Part shown: piece after piece, positions 1 to 9,221 of the stretch | How positions within the stretch are numbered: position 1 is the stretch's first letter | How the letters are laid out: each line of letters opens with the position of its first letter | Assembly: GCA_017410455.1 (NCBI GenBank) | Contig: JAFQQT010000027.1 | Span: forward strand, 15,028 to 79,027 | Direction of reading: 5' to 3' | DNA length: 64,000 nucleotides | From: Clostridia bacterium | GTDB lineage: Bacteria; Bacillota; Clostridia; Christensenellales; Aristaeellaceae | Program-made: the position numbers and the translations under genes | Notes under the pieces: model-generated | Told to the model about the DNA's origin: nothing | The model's input: only the letters and a program-made list of their open reading frames with translations | Databases searched by the model: none

Positions 1-524
1 AGGAGGCCGCCGAACCAGAGCACCTCGTCGTCCGGGTGGGTGGAGAAGAGCATCATATCGACCTTCTCCGGGGCGTCGCGCCAGATCTGGACATAATCCG
101 GGGCGTCGCCAGGGGTCAGAACGGTCACCTCGCACAGCTCAAGCTTGCCCTTCTGCGGGGTGATGCGCAGGGTCGATACAGGCTCGGGCAGCACGATGTA
201 CTGCGTGGCAAAGTGAGGGCCGTCCCGGAGGATCTCCACCCACTTGTCGTTCACCTGCGTCTTGAGGATCACGCCGGGCATGTCGATGGTGCGGAACTTC
301 AGCTCCACCGAGCCGATGAGGGCCCCCTCCGGCGCGGTGATGGTCAGCGCGCTGCCGGTGAAGTAGGTGACATAGTCGCCATCGCGGATATCATCCGGCG
401 CATGGCGGTTGTAGGTGCGGTTGTTGATGACGCACTGGGTCGTGATGTCTTCCGCCGTGTCCGCCAGGGCGGCGCAGGGCAGCAGCAGGGCCAGCAGCAG
501 GGCCAGCAGCAGCAGGCGTTTCAT
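1..524 (-). CDS. PIG-L/LmbE-family deacetylase, N-terminal part (gene runs off left edge)
   Basis: My own translation of the minus strand from the ATG at 524 (AAGGAGA RBS upstream) gives the signal peptide MKRLLLLALLLALLLPCAALA and later MMLFSTHPDDEVLWFGG, which carries the HPDDE motif of PIG-L enzymes. It is not in the ORF track because no stop falls inside the window. Confidence 0.6.
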   Translation of the reverse strand, partial: MKRLLLLALLLALLLPCAALADTAEDITTQCVINNRTYNRHAPDDIRDGDYVTYFTGSALTITAPEGALIGSVELKFRTIDMPGVILKTQVNDKWVEILRDGPHFATQYIVLPEPVSTLRITPQKGKLELCEVTVLTPGDAPDYVQIWRDAPEKVDMMLFSTHPDDEVLWFGGL

Positions 525-545
525 GATCGCATCTCCTTCAGGGAA

Positions 546-2780
546 TCAGTCGCTGCCCAGCAGCGCGGCAGCTGCGTGCAGCCGCTGGGTCAGGGAGGTG
601 TAGCGGCGCAGGATGTGGTCATTCTCCACCATCTGGCGCACCACTTCCTCCCGGCCCACCAGCACCACCATGCGGCGCGCGCGGGTCAGCGCGGTATAGA
701 ACAGGTTGCGGGTCAGCAGCATCCGGGGGCCGCCGGCCACGGGCATGAGCACCACCGGGAACTCGCTGCCCTGGCTCTTGTGGACGCTCAGGCAGTAGGC
801 CAGGTCGAGGTTCTCCAGGGCCTGCAGGGCGTAGACGGCCTCGCGCTCCTCATCGAAGGTGACCGTGAGGCAGTGTTCCTGGGCGTCCACCTCGGTGATG
901 AAGCCCACGTCGCCATTGAACACGCCCGCGCCATCCTCCCAGCCCGAGGGGGTGTGGCGGCGCCATTCCTGCTGATAATCGTTCTTCGTCTGCATCACCT
1001 TGTCGCCCAGGCGGAAGACGGTCTCACCCCAGGTGAGCTCCTGCTTTGCGGGGGCGGGCGGGTTGAGGGCGGCCTGGAGCATCTGGTTCAGGGCGATCAC
1101 GCCGCACTCCCCCTTGCGGGCCGGGGCAAGCACCTGGATCTGCCGCACCGCCTGCGCCAGCGCCTCCCTCTCCGGGAATTTCAGGAACTTCGGCAGCCGC
1201 TGGGTCATCAGCGCCACCAGTGCGGCGGCTGCGTCCCCGTAGCCATACTTGCGCTCGAAGAAGAAGTCCGTGCCCTTTTCGTTGAGCAGGGGCATCTCGC
1301 CCCGGTTGATGCGGTGGGCGTTGACGACGATGCGGCTGGTTTCCCCCTGGCGGAAGATGTCCGTCAGGCGGCAGGCGGGGATGATCCCGCTTTCGAGGAT
1401 GTCCCCCAGGACATTGCCCGCGCCCACCGAGGGCAGCTGATCGGCGTCGCCCACAAGGATCAGGCGCGTGCCGGGCTCGATGGCCCTGAGCAGGGCGCGC
1501 ATGAGCATCATGTCCACCATGGAGGTCTCGTCCACGATGATGCAGTCCGCCTCGATGGGGGTCTCCTGGTTGCGGGCGAAGAGGCCCTCCTCGCCGCCGG
1601 ACTCCAGCAGGCGGTGGATGGTCTTCGCCTCCGCCCCGCAGGCCTCGGCCATGCGCTTGGCCGCCCGGCCCGTGGGGGCGCACAGCGCCACCTCCCCCTC
1701 CCGGGAGAGCAGGCTGATGATGCAGTTGATGATGGTGGTCTTGCCCGTGCCGGGGCCGCCGGTGATGACCAGCACGCCCTGCTCGATGGCGGCGAGGATG
1801 GCCTCGCGCTGGCGCTGGCTGAAGGCGATGCCGTGGCGGTGCTCGAACAGGTCGATATCCCGCTCGGCGCCGGAGGCGTCCCCGTGGGGCACGGTGGCCA
1901 GCAGCTCTACCAGGCGGGTGGCCACTTCCTTCTCCGCGCTGTCAAAGGCGGGCAGGTACACCCGCTCCTCCTCGCCGGAGGTCATGAAGATCAGCTCCCG
2001 CTGCAGCGCCATGCGGCTGAGCTGGTGGTCGATGAGCTCCGCATCCACGCGCAGCAGCTGCGCGGCGCGGCCGGTCAGCTCCTCCCGGGGCAGGTATACA
2101 TGGCCCATGCCCACCGCCGCATCCTTGAGCACATACTTCAGCGCCGCCGCCACGCGGCCCTCGCTGTCGGGCGCAACGCCCAGGGACGCGCCGATGCGGT
2201 CCGCCGTCATGAAGCCCACGCCGTCGATGTCCTCGCACAGGCAGTAGGGGTTCCGGCGGATCACCTGCTCCGTCCGCTCGCCGTAGCGCTTGCTGATCCT
2301 GTCGGCCAGGCCCGAGGGGATGCCGTAGCTCTGCAGGAAGATCATCGCCTCCCACGAGCCGGCCTTCTCCCGCACGGCCTCGGCGATCTGCATCCAGCGC
2401 TTCTTGCCCATCTTGGGCACTTCCTGCAGGCGCTCAGGATCCTCCATGATGACGCGCAGCGTGTCCTCGCCGAAGTGCTCGACGATCTTCTTTGCCGTGC
2501 TGGGCCCCACGCCGCGGATCTTCCCCCCGCCCAGGTACCGCTCGATGCCCAGGCGCGTGGTGGGCATCTGCGGCACGCAGGTGGCGCACTTGAGCTGCCT
2601 GCCGTAGGTGGGGTGCTCCACCCATTCACCGGTAAACACCGCCTGATCCCCCGGGCTCATTTCCGGCATGATCCCCACGACGGTCAGCTCCCTGCGGCCC
2701 ACGCGGACGCTGAGCACCGTGTAGCCGGTATCCTCCTTGCGGTAGATCGTACCCTCCACGCTGGCTTCCACCCGCTCCAT
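546..2780 (-). CDS. recD2: SF1B RecD2-type ATP-dependent DNA helicase
   Basis: Track ORF 546..3068 trimmed to MERVEAS at 2780 (GGAGG RBS). Motifs seen: Walker A GGPGTGKTT, LILVGDADQLPSVG and SVHKSQGSEF. Confidence 0.9.
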   Translation of the reverse strand: MERVEASVEGTIYRKEDTGYTVLSVRVGRRELTVVGIMPEMSPGDQAVFTGEWVEHPTYGRQLKCATCVPQMPTTRLGIERYLGGGKIRGVGPSTAKKIVEHFGEDTLRVIMEDPERLQEVPKMGKKRWMQIAEAVREKAGSWEAMIFLQSYGIPSGLADRISKRYGERTEQVIRRNPYCLCEDIDGVGFMTADRIGASLGVAPDSEGRVAAALKYVLKDAAVGMGHVYLPREELTGRAAQLLRVDAELIDHQLSRMALQRELIFMTSGEEERVYLPAFDSAEKEVATRLVELLATVPHGDASGAERDIDLFEHRHGIAFSQRQREAILAAIEQGVLVITGGPGTGKTTIINCIISLLSREGEVALCAPTGRAAKRMAEACGAEAKTIHRLLESGGEEGLFARNQETPIEADCIIVDETSMVDMMLMRALLRAIEPGTRLILVGDADQLPSVGAGNVLGDILESGIIPACRLTDIFRQGETSRIVVNAHRINRGEMPLLNEKGTDFFFERKYGYGDAAAALVALMTQRLPKFLKFPEREALAQAVRQIQVLAPARKGECGVIALNQMLQAALNPPAPAKQELTWGETVFRLGDKVMQTKNDYQQEWRRHTPSGWEDGAGVFNGDVGFITEVDAQEHCLTVTFDEEREAVYALQALENLDLAYCLSVHKSQGSEFPVVLMPVAGGPRMLLTRNLFYTALTRARRMVVLVGREEVVRQMVENDHILRRYTSLTQRLHAAAALLGSD

Positions 2781-3073
2781 GCTCCCGCCTCCTTCGCGCT
2801 TCCCGCAGATGATATCCTGTCTATTATAGCACCAATGCAGCGAAAATGGAATCCCTGCAGCCAACTTTCCCATTCCGCCCGGCCGCGCCTCCGTACACGC
2901 CATTTCTGCCCGAAAAAACCTTCTTGCCATCCTGCCTGTTTGAACAAATCCGGCCGCTGTTTTCGCAGAGTATTGACCAATCCACACCAAAATTCTCGTT
3001 TGAAAATACTTGATTTTTCTGCCATCAGATGGTACAATGCAAGCGTACCAATAACACAGGAGGTGCATTCCCC

Positions 3074-3304
3074 ATGAAGAGCGTGAAGATCCAGCTGAAC
3101 CTGATGACCGACGGTCAGAAGTTCGTGCACATCGTTGGCGCTTACCCCTACGACATCGACCTGCGCAGCGGCCGCCATGTGGTTGACGCCAAGTCCATCC
3201 TGGGCATCTTCTCCCTGGACTGGTCCAAGCCCGTCACCATGGAGATCTACGCTGACGCCTGCGACGACCTGATGAGCGAGATCGCTCCCTTCGTCGTCGG
3301 CTGA
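3074..3304 (+). CDS. small HPr-like domain protein
   Basis: ATG at 3074 follows an AGGAGG RBS. VDAKSILGIFSLD..KPVTMEI resembles the HPr core, but I see no canonical GIHARP His15 motif. Confidence 0.5.
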   Translation: MKSVKIQLNLMTDGQKFVHIVGAYPYDIDLRSGRHVVDAKSILGIFSLDWSKPVTMEIYADACDDLMSEIAPFVVG

Positions 3305-3362
3305 GCCTGCCCAGCAGCGGCACGGGGCAACCCCGTTTCCGCGATTCCGACATGACATTTCA

Positions 3363-3394
3363 CCCTCCCCCGCCGCAAGGCCCGGGAGGGTTTT
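3363..3394 (+). terminator. rho-independent terminator after the HPr-like gene
   Basis: CCCTCCCC..GGGAGGG stem followed by TTTT. Confidence 0.5.
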
Positions 3395-3571
3395 CCTGTT
3401 TTCCGGGGAAGGGGGGGGTGCATCTTATGCTGATGTGTGCCGCATCTCGCAGTTATTCACCTTCGCCCCCCACACAAAACCTTCCCCGAAATCCCCCCCG
3501 CACAGCAGGAATCCGCCCCCCGACGTCAAACTATTCCATAGCAAAACCAACCCAACCAGGAGCCGACGATT

Positions 3572-4324
3572 ATGGAACGCAGACATATCCCCGAAACGGA
3601 GAACCGCCTCATCATCCTCTACACCCTGCGGCAGCTGGGTCCGGTGACGGCCATGCAGCTGCTGCAGGCCCTCACCGAGGCCGACCTGATGAACTACATC
3701 ACCATGCAGCTGGCCCTGTCGGACATGGAGCAGCAGGGGCAGATCGCCATGCGCGCCCACCCGCTGGGCAACCTCATCGAGATCACCGGCGAGGGGGATT
3801 ACATCCTGGACAGCTTCGTCCGGCGCATCCCCGCCAGCCGGCGCAGCCACATCGATCAGCATGCCCCTGTGTGGCGCGGCCGCTTCCTCAACGAGCAGAT
3901 GGCCCCGGCGGAGTCCTTCACCCTGCCCGATGGCCGCGTGTGCGTGCATCTGCGGCTGCTGGACAAGGCCGCCACCCTCATGGACCTGCTGCTCTACCTG
4001 CCCGCCGGACGGCACTTCACGCTCCTGCAGGAGCGGTGGCGCGCCTGTGTGAACGAGGTGTACGCGCTGGTGCTGGGGCGGCTGACAGAGGTCTACGACG
4101 CCGCCGCGCCCATGCCCCCCGCCCCCGAGAAGGAGACCGTGCGCCAGTGCGGCGTGAACGACTGGCTCCTCACCCTCACCGACGATCCAGCCAGCCCGGC
4201 CATCGACGTGCTCATGTCCCTCCCCGACGAGCATCTGGCCCGCTGCGCCGCCGCCCACTGGCCCGCCGTGTGCGGGGACGTGCGGGAGTATGTGATCCGC
4301 GCGCTGGAGAAGGCGCGCACCTGA
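3572..4324 (+). CDS. DUF4364-like putative regulator
   Basis: The N-terminus ENRLIILYTLRQLGPVTAMQLLQAL..MNYITMQLALSDMEQQG looks like the DUF4364 family as I remember it. AGGAG RBS present. Confidence 0.55.
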   Translation: MERRHIPETENRLIILYTLRQLGPVTAMQLLQALTEADLMNYITMQLALSDMEQQGQIAMRAHPLGNLIEITGEGDYILDSFVRRIPASRRSHIDQHAPVWRGRFLNEQMAPAESFTLPDGRVCVHLRLLDKAATLMDLLLYLPAGRHFTLLQERWRACVNEVYALVLGRLTEVYDAAAPMPPAPEKETVRQCGVNDWLLTLTDDPASPAIDVLMSLPDEHLARCAAAHWPAVCGDVREYVIRALEKART

Positions 4325-4463
4325 CCGCAGAAAGTGCCCTCCGCTCCGAACGAAAAAAAGACGAACATTTTTGCATTTTAGTACTTCCATCATTCGCAAC
4401 TATGTGTTATAATGTCCGGGATGCAATGACCGCACCCCACCGACACAAAGGAGCGTAACACCC

Positions 4464-5285
4464 GTGGATAAGATCCGCCGCAACGAGCGCATGAGCGCGA
4501 TGATGAAGATCCTCACCGCGTCGCCCAACAAGATTTTCACCCTGTCCTACTTCTGCGACCTGTTTGGCGCCGCCAAGTCCACCATGAGCGAGGATATCGA
4601 CATCCTGCGCGACGTGGTCAGCCGCTTCGGCCTGGGCGAGCTGGAAACAGTGACCGGCGCGGCCGGCGGCGTGCGCTACCGCACCAAGGTGCGCCGTCCC
4701 GCAGCCCGGCAGTTCATCAGCGGGCTGTGCCAGCAGCTCTCCGGCTCCCAGCGCGTGCTGCCCGGCGGGTTCCTGTACACCTCGGATGTGCTGGCCGATC
4801 CGGAGATCGTGGACCGCATGGGCGAGATCATCGCTACGGAGTACTTCGCCACACAGCCCGATTTCGTGCTGACGATGGAGACCAAGGGGATCCCTGTGGC
4901 CTTCTCCACCGCGCAGGCGCTGGGCGTGCCGCTGGTGATCGCCCGGCGCAAGTCGAAGGCCTATGAGGGGAGCGAGATCAACATCAACTACGTCTCCGGA
5001 TCGGGCACCATCGGTACCATGAGCCTCTCCCGCCGCGCGGTGAAGGAGGGCAGCCGGTGCCTGATCGTGGACGACTTCCTCAAGGGCGGCGGCACGGCCA
5101 AGGGCATGGTGGATCTGATGCGCGAATTCGGCGCGGAAGTGGTGGGCATGGCCTTCGTCATGTCCACGGCCAAGCCGCTGAAGAAGCGCATCAGCGGCGA
5201 AAAGAGCCTGATGGTGCTGGAGCTGGATGCGGACGCGGAGACCGCCGTGGTCAAGCCCGCCTTCTGGCTCAATGGCGACACCTGA
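4464..5285 (+). CDS. purR: pur operon repressor PurR (Bacillus type)
   Basis: GTG start after an AAGGAG RBS. N-terminal winged helix plus a PRT domain with the PRPP loop CLIVDDFLKGGGTAKG. Confidence 0.85.
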   Translation: MDKIRRNERMSAMMKILTASPNKIFTLSYFCDLFGAAKSTMSEDIDILRDVVSRFGLGELETVTGAAGGVRYRTKVRRPAARQFISGLCQQLSGSQRVLPGGFLYTSDVLADPEIVDRMGEIIATEYFATQPDFVLTMETKGIPVAFSTAQALGVPLVIARRKSKAYEGSEININYVSGSGTIGTMSLSRRAVKEGSRCLIVDDFLKGGGTAKGMVDLMREFGAEVVGMAFVMSTAKPLKKRISGEKSLMVLELDADAETAVVKPAFWLNGDT

Positions 5286-5447
5286 CGACATTTCAGGCAC
5301 TGATACGCATCATTTGGCGCAGCCCCCTTGCGCCGGGGCGCATAAAGTGCTATCATCTGTCACAGGCAGCGATGCACGAATCTGCCGGGGCATATCGTTA
5401 TTTATCCTGAACCCCCCGGCACACCTGAAGAAAGCGAGGTAACCCCC

Positions 5448-6257
5448 ATGTCCGAAGATAAGCAGACCCCCGACGCCTCCCCGACGGAATCCACCGAAAA
5501 GAAGCCCCTCTTCGGCTTCCTCAACCGCAAGCCCCTGCAGGACGCCAACGACGGCGACGAGGCCGGCGACGGCAAGAAGAAGAAAAAGAAGAAGACCTGG
5601 CAGCAGGAGCTGCTCGAGTGGGTCGTGACGGCCGTGGCCGCCCTGGCCATCGCCATCGTGGTGCGCTCCTTCATCTTCGAGCCTGTGTATGTGGATGGCA
5701 ACAGCATGTACCCCACGCTGCGCCACGGCGAAATCATGTACGTCTCCAAGACCAGCTACGGCGCGGGCTTCCTGGGCATCCCCTTCACCAACATCGGCAC
5801 ATACTTCAACGTCGGCGGCGACCCTGAGCGCTTCGACGTCGTGGTCTGCCACTACATGGAAAAGGGCTACAACGTGGTCAAGCGCGTCGTGGGCCTGCCC
5901 GGCGACACGGTGGAGATCATCGCCGGCGACCTCTATGTCACCGACAGCACCGGCTACAACGTGGGCGGCTACGACCGCTACGGCAACCCCCTGCCCGTGG
6001 ATGAGGACTTCGTCTACCACAAGGGCACCAGGAGCTACGGCCCCTACTACGTGCCCGCCAAAGGGGACACGCTCGCCGACGGCACCATCTGCGAGGAAGA
6101 CCACTACTTCCTCCTGGGCGACAACCGCACCAACTCCCTGGACAGCCGCGACAAGGGCCCGGTTCCGCGGAGCGAAATCACCGGCAAGGTCGAGGCCGTC
6201 CTCTGGCACACCATCCCCAACCGCCTGGATGACCAGTACGGCCTGGATACCAACTGA
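5448..6257 (+). CDS. lepB: signal peptidase I
   Basis: Ser box VDGNSMYPTL, Lys box VVKRVVGLPGD and LLGDNRTNSLDSR. The N-terminal tail contains a K7 run. Confidence 0.9.
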   Translation: MSEDKQTPDASPTESTEKKPLFGFLNRKPLQDANDGDEAGDGKKKKKKKTWQQELLEWVVTAVAALAIAIVVRSFIFEPVYVDGNSMYPTLRHGEIMYVSKTSYGAGFLGIPFTNIGTYFNVGGDPERFDVVVCHYMEKGYNVVKRVVGLPGDTVEIIAGDLYVTDSTGYNVGGYDRYGNPLPVDEDFVYHKGTRSYGPYYVPAKGDTLADGTICEEDHYFLLGDNRTNSLDSRDKGPVPRSEITGKVEAVLWHTIPNRLDDQYGLDTN

Positions 6258-6264
6258 TCCTCAT

Positions 6265-6294
6265 GCAGCATCCGCAGAACGGGTGCTGTTTTTT
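6265..6294 (+). terminator. rho-independent terminator after lepB
   Basis: GCAGCATCC-GCAGAAC-GGGTGCTG followed by TTTTTT. Confidence 0.6.
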
Positions 6295-6300
6295 CGTTTT

Positions 6301-6394
6301 TCCGGATTTCCGAATTTTCTTTCGCAAACCTCTTGACAACGCCCTCCTGTCATGCTATGATTGAATTACGGTTTTCCGGAATACCGAATTTTCT
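6301..6394 (+). promoter_or_regulatory. sigma-70-type promoter flanked by two 20-bp direct repeats (candidate operators)
   Basis: TTGACA (6333-6338), 17-nt spacer, TATGAT (6356-6361). TCCGGATTTCCGAATTTTCT at 6301-6320 and TCCGGAATACCGAATTTTCT at 6375-6394. Confidence 0.5.
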
Positions 6395-6409
6395 AAAAGG
6401 AGATCCACC

Positions 6410-7042
6410 ATGGAACGCAATTTTACCGAAGAGATCGACGCCCTGCAGCAGCAGCTGGCCGGGCTGCAGGAAGGCATGCAGCAGCTGATGAAGACCATCG
6501 CCCCCCACCTTCCGTCCTGCGCGATGGGCGGCCCCAACCCCACCATCGGCCATGTGGAGGTCATGGAGAACATGCATCCCAACCCCCATCTGGCCGCCGT
6601 CATGAACGACCTGCAGAGCTCCTGCGGTGAAAACGGCAGCACCGGCCGCATCACCTACCTGGGCGTGTTCGCCTCCGGCGGACGGCAGTCCAACTGGATC
6701 CGGCACGACCTGAACACCGACACCCTCCTGCCCCTGATCGAGAACCGCACGGCGGAGAAGGTGCTGGCCTGCGTGGGCAGCAATGACCGGCTGAACATGC
6801 TGCTGGCGATCCTCCGCAAGCCCCGCACCGTGGCCGAGCTGGTCAGCGACTGCGGCTACTCCTCCACCGGGCAGGTGTATCACCACCTCAAGCCCCTCAT
6901 CGCCGCCGACCTGGTGGCCGAGGATGAGCACCGCCGGGGCAGCTACGTCATCCGCCCCCACCGCGTGCAGGGCGTGATCATGCTGCTGGCGGGCATTGCC
7001 GACCTGGTGGACGGCACGTTCACGCAGGGCGCGGTGGACTGA
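6410..7042 (+). CDS. ArsR-like winged-helix transcriptional regulator with N-terminal coiled segment
   Basis: DRLNMLLAILRKPRTVAELVSDCGYSSTGQVYHHLKPLIAADLV is an ArsR-type HTH. AAAGGAG RBS. Confidence 0.55.
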   Translation: MERNFTEEIDALQQQLAGLQEGMQQLMKTIAPHLPSCAMGGPNPTIGHVEVMENMHPNPHLAAVMNDLQSSCGENGSTGRITYLGVFASGGRQSNWIRHDLNTDTLLPLIENRTAEKVLACVGSNDRLNMLLAILRKPRTVAELVSDCGYSSTGQVYHHLKPLIAADLVAEDEHRRGSYVIRPHRVQGVIMLLAGIADLVDGTFTQGAVD

Positions 7043-7152
7043 ACACGGCATACAACGTAGTGCAAAACGACTCCCTCCGGGGGGCCGTTTCTGTTTCGAT
7101 TGACTTCCCCCATGGTATCCCGTATAATATCCCCATCAGGGAGGTGACTGCC

Positions 7153-9150
7153 ATGCCCAGACGCGACTGGGGCGAAACGCTGGAAACCAAGATCGCCATG
7201 CTGCCCGAATCCCCCGGCTGCTATCTGATGAAGGACGCCGGGGGCACGATCATCTACGTCGGCAAGGCGGTGAATCTCAAGAACCGTGTCCGCAGCTATT
7301 TCCGCGACGCCGACCACACCCCGAAGGTCGCCGCGATGGTCGAAAACATCGCCGACTTCGACGTCCTGCTGTGCGACAGCAACCTGGAGGCCCTGTGCCT
7401 GGAATGCAACCTGATCAAGCGCCACCGCCCTCACTACAACATCCTCCTCAAGGACGACAAGCATTACCCCTACATCTGCGTCAACCTGCGCGAACCTTTC
7501 CCCCGGCTGGAGCTGGCGCGGCGCATGCCTGAAGGCGGCAAGAAGGACGGCATGAAGTACTTCGGCCCTTACATCGGCGCCACCGCCGTCCGCCAGGTGA
7601 TCGAGGCCGTGCGCGGCGTATTCCCCCTGCGCACCTGCCGCAAGGACCTGCCGCTGAAGAACCCCTGCCGCCCCTGCGTCAACTACGAGATCGGCAAATG
7701 CATGGCCCCCTGCGCCGGCAAGTGCACCGAGGAAGCCTACTGGGACATGATGGACGGCGTGCTGGCCTTCCTGGGCGGCGACTACGACCAGGTGCTGAAG
7801 GTGCTGCACAGGGAGATGATGGACTGTGCCGCGCAGATGAAATACGAGCGCGCCGCCGCCGTCCGCGACAAGATCCGCGACATCGAGGGCCTGATGGAGC
7901 GGCAGATCGCCATCCGCACCGAGCGGAGCGAACAGGACGTCATCGCCCTGGCCCAGGACGGGCTGGACGCGATGGTGCACATCTTCTACGTCCGCGGCGG
8001 CCGCATGATCGGCGGCGATCACTTCGCCCTGCCCCGCGAGGGCAGCGAGGCCCCCGGCGAGGTGCTGGCGGGCTTCCTCACCCAGTATTATGAGGATGGC
8101 AACCTCATCCCGCGAAATGTGCTGGTGCAGACCCTGACCGAGGGCGGACGCGAGCAGATGGAGCAATGGCTGCGCCAGCAGAAGGGCGCGGCGGTGACGC
8201 TGCTGACCCCCCAGCGTGGCGAGAAGCACGACCTGATCCTCCTGGCGGCCAAGAACGCCGCCGATGCGCTGGAGAAGCGCAACGCAAAGGCCTCCGTCCG
8301 CCAGGAGCGCACCACCGGCGCCTGCGCTGCCCTGGCCAGGGCTCTGGGCCTGGAAAAGCCGCCCCGGCGCATCGAGGGCTACGACATCTCCAACACCCAG
8401 GGCGTGCTGAGCGTGGCCAGCATGGTCGTTTTCATCGACGGCGTGGCGGCAAAGAAGGAGTACCGGCACTTCCGCATCAAGACGGTGGAGGGCGCAAATG
8501 ACTTCGCGTCCCTCAACGAGGTGCTGGGCCGCCGCTTTGCCCGGGGTCTGCAGGAGAAGGCCGAGCGCGAGGCAGCCGGCCTGCCCGCCATCGGCGGCAA
8601 GTTCAGCGACCTGCCCGACCTGGTGCTCATCGACGGCGGCCCCCAGCAGCTGCGCTTTGCAAGGCAGGCGCTGCTGGATATGGGGGTTCGTGTGAAGGTC
8701 GGGCTTCAGCCCGACGAGCATGTCGATTGCTCGCAATCGACGTGCGAAGCCTGCGACGCGCCGGAAGGCGTGGCGCAGGCCGAAGTAGCCATGTTCGGCC
8801 TGGCGAAGAAGCAGGAGGAGATCTTCCTGCCCGACCGGGAGGAGCCGATCCTGCTGGATCACCACACGCCGGAACTGCATCTGATCCAGCGCGTGCGCGA
8901 CGAGGCCCACCGCTTCTGCATCACTCACCACCGCGGTCTGCGCGGCAAGGCCAGCATCCACAGCCAGCTGGAGGACATCCCCGGCATCGGCCCCAAGCGC
9001 CGCAAGGCCCTGCTGACGAAGCTGGGTTCCATGAAGGCCATCTGCGAGGCCACAGAAGAGCAGCTCCTCGCCGTCCCCGGTATGACGAAGGCGGCTGCGG
9101 AGGCCGTCATGAAGTGGGCAGAGGCCACGGCGAAGAATCATTCCCAATAA
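7153..9150 (+). CDS. uvrC: excinuclease ABC subunit C
   Basis: Track ORF trimmed to MPRRDWG at 7153. GIY-YIG block PGCYLMKDAGGTIIYVGKAVNLKNRVRSYF and C-terminal HhH IPGIGPKRRKALL. Confidence 0.95.
   Translation: MPRRDWGETLETKIAMLPESPGCYLMKDAGGTIIYVGKAVNLKNRVRSYFRDADHTPKVAAMVENIADFDVLLCDSNLEALCLECNLIKRHRPHYNILLKDDKHYPYICVNLREPFPRLELARRMPEGGKKDGMKYFGPYIGATAVRQVIEAVRGVFPLRTCRKDLPLKNPCRPCVNYEIGKCMAPCAGKCTEEAYWDMMDGVLAFLGGDYDQVLKVLHREMMDCAAQMKYERAAAVRDKIRDIEGLMERQIAIRTERSEQDVIALAQDGLDAMVHIFYVRGGRMIGGDHFALPREGSEAPGEVLAGFLTQYYEDGNLIPRNVLVQTLTEGGREQMEQWLRQQKGAAVTLLTPQRGEKHDLILLAAKNAADALEKRNAKASVRQERTTGACAALARALGLEKPPRRIEGYDISNTQGVLSVASMVVFIDGVAAKKEYRHFRIKTVEGANDFASLNEVLGRRFARGLQEKAEREAAGLPAIGGKFSDLPDLVLIDGGPQQLRFARQALLDMGVRVKVGLQPDEHVDCSQSTCEACDAPEGVAQAEVAMFGLAKKQEEIFLPDREEPILLDHHTPELHLIQRVRDEAHRFCITHHRGLRGKASIHSQLEDIPGIGPKRRKALLTKLGSMKAICEATEEQLLAVPGMTKAAAEAVMKWAEATAKNHSQ
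8689..8784 (+). repeat. in-frame three-hairpin intragenic element, copy 1 (inside uvrC, sense)
   Basis: H1 GTCGGGC-TTCA-GCCCGAC at 8698-8715. H2 TCGATTGC-TC-GCAATCGA at 8723-8740. H3 interrupted 13-bp stem at 8749-8780. Encodes RVKVGLQPDEHVDCSQSTCEACDAPEGVAQAE between conserved UvrC blocks. Confidence 0.8.
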
Positions 9151-9176
9151 GGTCCTTTTCGGGAGTACACACAAAA

Positions 9177-9216
9177 CCCCGGCGCATGTGTTGCAGCATG
9201 CACCGGGGTAGTTTTT
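9177..9216. terminator. hairpin terminator between convergent uvrC and the methyltransferase gene
   Basis: CCCCGGCGCATG..CATGCACCGGGG stem, then TAGTTTTT on the plus strand and an A-run on the left. Confidence 0.5.
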
Positions 9217-9221
9217 GTGGG

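Noticed and set aside
36-3077. 1013-aa plus-strand ORF, together with other very long track ORFs (21980..26035 -, 32618..35251 +, 35448..37442 +, 43341..44741 +, 45184..47190 +, 49513..51750 +, 57249..59786 +, 6943..9174 -)
   Set aside because: All lie antisense to genes with clear family motifs. They are Ala/Gly/Arg/His/Leu-rich low-complexity translations without RBSs. They are typical shadow ORFs of GC-rich DNA.
5574-5594. AAGAAGAAGAAAAAGAAGAAG run in lepB as a programmed frameshift or slippage site
   Set aside because: It encodes the K7 stretch of the cytoplasmic N-terminal tail before the TM anchor. The downstream frame is the one carrying all catalytic boxes. No alternative-frame ORF of interest exists.
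8689-8784. In-frame inserts in uvrC, queA, aepY and the LicC-like gene as inteins, small introns or translational-bypass (hop) sites
   Set aside because: At roughly 28-34 aa they are far too short for inteins and lack the Cys/Ser..HN splice residues. There are no group I or II intron features. All are stop-free and in frame, so bypassing is not required. RNA-level removal cannot be excluded without transcript data.
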